Positions 60,411-64,000 of a DNA stretch of 64,000 bases are shown here, piece by piece. The notes under the pieces are model-generated. The model ran no database searches. It saw only the letters and a list, made by a program, of their open reading frames with translations, and was not told the origin of the DNA. The DNA comes from Candidatus Latescibacterota bacterium (lineage in GTDB: Bacteria; Latescibacterota; UBA2968; UBA8231). The stretch is from positions 288,001 to 352,000 of the forward strand of contig CBDAOB010000004.1 of NCBI GenBank assembly GCA_965197905.1. The letters run 5' to 3'. How positions within the stretch are numbered: position 1 is the stretch's first letter; the number at the start of each line of letters is the position of its first letter. Position numbers and translations under genes: made by a program.

Positions 60411-60542
60411 TGGACTGCAGGGGTCCTGGATCACAGGAATAGTTACTTCCCGGGGGAACTCGGTGGTGTAACTCTTGGCATGTGGTCACGTTTCATCCCT
60501 CCGTAAGTGGCCGCAGGCAATAGGCCCCTGCAGTCTACTTTT
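60411..60542 (+). ncRNA. candidate structured RNA in the 3' region of amtB-glnK-porin
   Basis: 15-bp closing stem 60411-60425/60523-60537. Inner stems 60441-46/60468-73 and 60481-89/60507-15. G-U pairs favour the + strand. Followed by CTTTT. Confidence 0.45.
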
Positions 60543-60617
60543 GCGATTCCGCCGGGGAAGTGAGAAAAGCGATCTCGTCCTGCAATGAAATAGCCTTGCA
60601 AACCTAAGTGAAGATCG

Positions 60618-60655
60618 GGGTCCGACGTGAACCTGCGTCGGACCCTCTTGCGTTT
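60618..60655 (+). terminator. GC hairpin, probable intrinsic terminator
   Basis: GGGTCCGACG/CGTCGGACCC 10-bp stem followed by TCTTGCGTTT. Confidence 0.5.
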
Positions 60656-60815
60656 GCGCTCGAACCTTTGGTAAGCGATCGATCGATTGGCTATTATTTG
60701 ATCCTCGACCAAGTGGCGATTGTTTTAAGCTGATCCAGGCGCCGACAGACTTTCCTCCGATCTGGCCGACGATCCTTGATCGAAAGCCGCACTGATTTCG
60801 AACCAGCCTTTATCC

Positions 60816-61724
60816 ATGTCCGAACATTTGACTCTGGGAACCCGTGGCAGCAAGCTCGCGCTGACGCAGAGCAACTGGGTCCGGAGGCTGTTGCAGAAAC
60901 ATTCCCCAGGTCTGGAAGTCGTTCTCGAGATCGTCGAAACCCATGGCGATCGCACCGCGGGGTCACTGCGCTCGTTCGGCGGACAAGGTCTGTTTACCGC
61001 CGAATTGGAGCAAGCGCTGTTGGACAGACGCATTGACCTGGCGGTCCACAGCCTCAAGGATCTGCCAGCGCGTCTTCACGACAACCTCACCATCGCCGCC
61101 ATACCCGCGCGCGAAGATGCGCGGGATGTTCTCGTCGGCTGTAGCTTCGATTCCCTCGCCCAGGGTGCTCGGTTGGGTACCGGCAGTCTGCGCCGGCAAG
61201 CTCAGCTGCTGGCCCTGCGCCCGGATCTCTCCTTCGTCGAGATACGGGGCAACATCGATACTCGCATTTCCAAGATGCAGAATGGCGACTGTGACGCCCT
61301 GGCGCTCGCAGCGGCAGCCCTGCACAGGCTAGACTGGAATTCCGCGATAGGCAGCTATTTCGAGGTGGAGCAGATGCTGCCTGCCGTGGGTCAAGGTGCC
61401 CTGGCCCTGCAGATGAGGCGCGATGATCCACGGACGTCGTTGGCAGCAGCGATCCAGGATGCTGACAGCTTTGCTGCGGTCTCCGCGGAGCGCAGTTTTC
61501 TCTGGCATCTCGGCGGCGGCTGCCAGGCGCCGATCGCGGCATGGGGCAGGATCTCCGGAACGGAGCTTCTTCTGACGGGATTGGTCGCGGAGGCAGATGG
61601 CAGCCGCCTCGTCCGTGCCGAGGGTCGCACCGGCGGCGACGCCACGGATCTCGGCAAGATCGTCGCCGACAAACTGCGAGCCCAGGGAGCCGCCGACATC
61701 CTCGAGCGGAGCGCGCAGCGATGA
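60816..61724 (+). CDS. hemC: hydroxymethylbilane synthase (porphobilinogen deaminase)
   Basis: GTRGSKLALTQ, AVHSLKD, GTGSLRR, RGNIDTR, GGCQAP. Confidence 0.96.
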   Translation: MSEHLTLGTRGSKLALTQSNWVRRLLQKHSPGLEVVLEIVETHGDRTAGSLRSFGGQGLFTAELEQALLDRRIDLAVHSLKDLPARLHDNLTIAAIPAREDARDVLVGCSFDSLAQGARLGTGSLRRQAQLLALRPDLSFVEIRGNIDTRISKMQNGDCDALALAAAALHRLDWNSAIGSYFEVEQMLPAVGQGALALQMRRDDPRTSLAAAIQDADSFAAVSAERSFLWHLGGGCQAPIAAWGRISGTELLLTGLVAEADGSRLVRAEGRTGGDATDLGKIVADKLRAQGAADILERSAQR

Positions 61725-63262
61725 ATACGCCCCTGCCCGAACCTGGTCACGTCTACCTCGTCGGAGCTGGTCCTGGCGATCCCGGGTTGATTTCGGTCAA
61801 AGGAGCGCATTACCTCGCGCACGCAGATCTCATCCTCTACGATGAGATTCTGGATGAACGGCTTCTCGAGCTTGCCAGCGAGAGCTGTGAAAAGCTATTC
61901 GTGGGCAAACGCGGACGCCGAGAGGGACCCACCCAGGACGAGATCAATGAGCTTCTAGTTCAACATGCCCGCGCCGGCCGCAAGGTGGTTCGTCTCAAGG
62001 GAGGTGATCCGTACATATTCGGGCGCGGGAGCGAGGAAGGGGCGCGGCTGCGCGACGAAGGGATTTCTTTCGAAGTCGTGTCGGGGGTCTCCGCCGCTTC
62101 AGGGGTACTGGCGTACGCCGGCATTCCCCTAACCCACCGGGGCATCACCTCCACAGCGGTACTCGTGACCGGGCACGAAGATCCCGCCAAGCCTATCCCC
62201 GCGGTGGACTGGGCGCTTCTGGCGAAGCTACAATGCACCTTGATCATCTTTATGGGGGCTCGAAGGATTGGCGAGGTCGCCGCGATTCTGTTGCAGAATG
62301 GCAGGGCGCCGAGCACGCCGGCCTCGGTGATCGAATGGGGTACCTGGCCGCGCCAGCAAACGCTGGTGGCCACGCTGGAGAATCTTGCCGAGAAAGCGCG
62401 GGAATGCGGATTGCAGTCTCCAGCAATAATTGCCATAGGCGAGGTCGTGGCGCTGCGCGATCAGCTCAACTGGTTTGAAAACAAACCCCTGTTCGGGCGT
62501 CGAGTATTGATCACCCGCAGCCGCGAACAAGCCGGCGGCTTGCGGCTTCTGTTGGAGACCGAGGCGGCCGAGGTCCATTCTCTTCCACTGCTTGAGATCC
62601 GCGCCCCGGATCGGTGGGATGAGGTGGATCGCTGTGTTCGGGCGCTTGAGCGCTACGATTGGGTGATCTTCACCAGTCCCAATGCGGTCGAATACTTCAT
62701 GGGTCGCTTGCACACGCTCGAGCTAGATGCCCGGGCGCTCGGGAGTGTGCTTGTCGCCGCCGTCGGTCGCTCCACGGCCGAGAGTTTGACCCGATTCGGG
62801 ATCGTCGCCGATCTGATTCCGGCGGAACAATCCCAGGAAGGTCTGGTGCAAGCGTTTGCAGACATCGATGTCGCCGGCCTGAAGTTTCTTCTTCCAGGTT
62901 CCTCTATTGGACGTCCCCTGCTGGCAGATAAGCTCGCCCGCAGGGAGGCAGAGGTGGAACAGGTAAGCACCTACGAAAACGTAGTCCCCCAGTACGAACG
63001 CTCCGCTCTGCCGTCGTGTTTAACCGAGGACGATCTCGATCTGGTGATATTCGCCAGCCCCTCGAGCGTAGCAAACTTCGTGTCGGTGTTGGGCGAGACC
63101 GAAAGTCGTGAGCTGTTGGAGAAGACTGCCATCGCCACCATAGGACCCACCACCAGTCGCGCCATCCGCGAGCTGGGATTTGAGGTGGCCATTCAACCCC
63201 AGGAAAGCACCGTACCGGAGCTGGTGCGCTCGATTTGCCATTTCTTTGGGGGTCGCACGTGA
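61721..63262 (+). CDS. cobA: fused uroporphyrinogen-III C-methyltransferase / uroporphyrinogen-III synthase (CobA/HemD)
   Basis: VGAGPGDPGL, RLKGGDP, GIPLTHR, then FENKPLFGRRVLITR, FTSPNAV, FASPSSV, IGPTT. Confidence 0.93.
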   Translation: MNTPLPEPGHVYLVGAGPGDPGLISVKGAHYLAHADLILYDEILDERLLELASESCEKLFVGKRGRREGPTQDEINELLVQHARAGRKVVRLKGGDPYIFGRGSEEGARLRDEGISFEVVSGVSAASGVLAYAGIPLTHRGITSTAVLVTGHEDPAKPIPAVDWALLAKLQCTLIIFMGARRIGEVAAILLQNGRAPSTPASVIEWGTWPRQQTLVATLENLAEKARECGLQSPAIIAIGEVVALRDQLNWFENKPLFGRRVLITRSREQAGGLRLLLETEAAEVHSLPLLEIRAPDRWDEVDRCVRALERYDWVIFTSPNAVEYFMGRLHTLELDARALGSVLVAAVGRSTAESLTRFGIVADLIPAEQSQEGLVQAFADIDVAGLKFLLPGSSIGRPLLADKLARREAEVEQVSTYENVVPQYERSALPSCLTEDDLDLVIFASPSSVANFVSVLGETESRELLEKTAIATIGPTTSRAIRELGFEVAIQPQESTVPELVRSICHFFGGRT

Positions 63263-64000
63263 CGTCGCTGCGTCATCCCCCGGGAAAGCTGCCACACGAC
63301 GAGCTGCGCCGGCTGATATCGAGGTTTACCGGGAAACACGAACGCCTCGTCGTGCCTCCCCAGGTGGGTGAAGATGCCGCGGTGATCGATATGGGGGATC
63401 GCTATCTGGTGGCGAAGACGGATCCGATCACCTTTGCCACCGATCGCATCGGCTGGTATGCGGTGCATGTCAATGCCAACGATATCGCCGCCATGGGCGC
63501 TTTGCCCCGCTTCTTCATGGCTACCGTCCTGCTACCGGACTCTGCGGACAACGGCGCCGTGGCCGAGGCCATTTTTTCAGCGATCGACGACGCCGCGAGG
63601 GATCTCGATATCGTCGTATGCGGGGGTCATACCGAAATCACCCATGGCCTGGATCGGCCCATCGTCGTCGGACACATGCTGGGCGAAATGGAGCCGGACC
63701 GTCTGATTCGTTCCTCCGGCCTGCGACCTGGACATGTCTTGCTCCTGACCAAGGGCCTGGCGATCGAAGCGACGGCATTGATCGCGCACGAGAAACGCGA
63801 CGATCTACTCGCTCGCGGCCACGGTGCAGATATGCTTGCCCGTTGCGAGGCCTACCTGGAGAACCCGGGGATCAGCGTGGTGGTCGACGCGCGGACAGCA
63901 ACCTCTGCGGGCAAGGTGTCGGCCATGCACGACCCTACCGAAGGCGGCGTGGCGACCGGATTGATCGAGTTGGCGCGGGCATCAGAAGTTGGCATGGAGA
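63259..64000 (+). CDS. AIR synthase family protein (HypE-like), runs off the right edge
   Basis: Hand-translated from GTG overlapping the upstream TGA: GKLP...GEDAAV...KTDPITF...NANDIAAMG...GGHTE...MHDPTEGG. Confidence 0.88.
   Translation, partial: MTSLRHPPGKLPHDELRRLISRFTGKHERLVVPPQVGEDAAVIDMGDRYLVAKTDPITFATDRIGWYAVHVNANDIAAMGALPRFFMATVLLPDSADNGAVAEAIFSAIDDAARDLDIVVCGGHTEITHGLDRPIVVGHMLGEMEPDRLIRSSGLRPGHVLLLTKGLAIEATALIAHEKRDDLLARGHGADMLARCEAYLENPGISVVVDARTATSAGKVSAMHDPTEGGVATGLIELARASEVGME

Noticed and set aside
60421..60660. tRNA-Sec, SRP RNA or c-di-GMP riboswitch
   Set aside because: Only short coincidental matches; no cloverleaf, SRP loop motif or complete riboswitch consensus.
60443..60712. 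89-aa minus-strand ORF, or a 17-aa peptide after GGAGGG-ATG
   Set aside because: No recognisable features and zero SD spacing. The region is better explained by + strand RNA structure.
1..64000. CRISPR array, rRNA, tRNA or prophage genes
   Set aside because: No regularly spaced repeat-spacer units, RNA gene signatures or phage proteins were seen by eye. A tRNAscan/Infernal run would be needed to exclude small RNAs.

Overview
GC-rich bacterial chromosomal window, probably from a metagenome assembly. Two single-base deletions at G-runs suggest long-read errors. An FCB-group or candidate-phylum origin (Latescibacterota- or Poribacteria-like) is inferred from the short Bacteroidota-type RpoD-like sigma factor, two DUF6785-like membrane proteins and a PhyH expansion. 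0-45 kb: catabolic and accessory genes, namely seven PhyH-family Fe(II)/2OG dioxygenases, three Gfo/Idh/MocA oxidoreductases, two SDRs, an aldo/keto reductase, an enolase-superfamily dehydratase, MsrAB, a heterodimeric ABC exporter, a Phd-VapC toxin-antitoxin pair, and a fused MFS/spermidine synthase with an alginate-export-type barrel. 45.3-48.0 kb: a complete 2141-nt group II intron inserted just after the first catalytic Asp codon of an IS256 transposase, with a 3' flank that is not IS256. 48.1-60.6 kb: a signalling and nitrogen island. It holds a PAS kinase and sigma54 response regulator, then a sigma54 promoter ahead of PTS-IIA, sigma70, LOG and a GAF-PAS-adenylate cyclase-RsbW-like fusion. 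It also holds a NifA-like activator with 14-bp dyad boxes phased exactly 30 bp apart, a sigma54 promoter driving amtB-glnK-porin, and a structured 3' RNA with an anti-Shine-Dalgarno loop. The window ends in hemC, cobA/hemD and an AIR-synthase-family gene. No rRNA, tRNA or CRISPR array was seen. All calls come from reading motifs; no database search was run.
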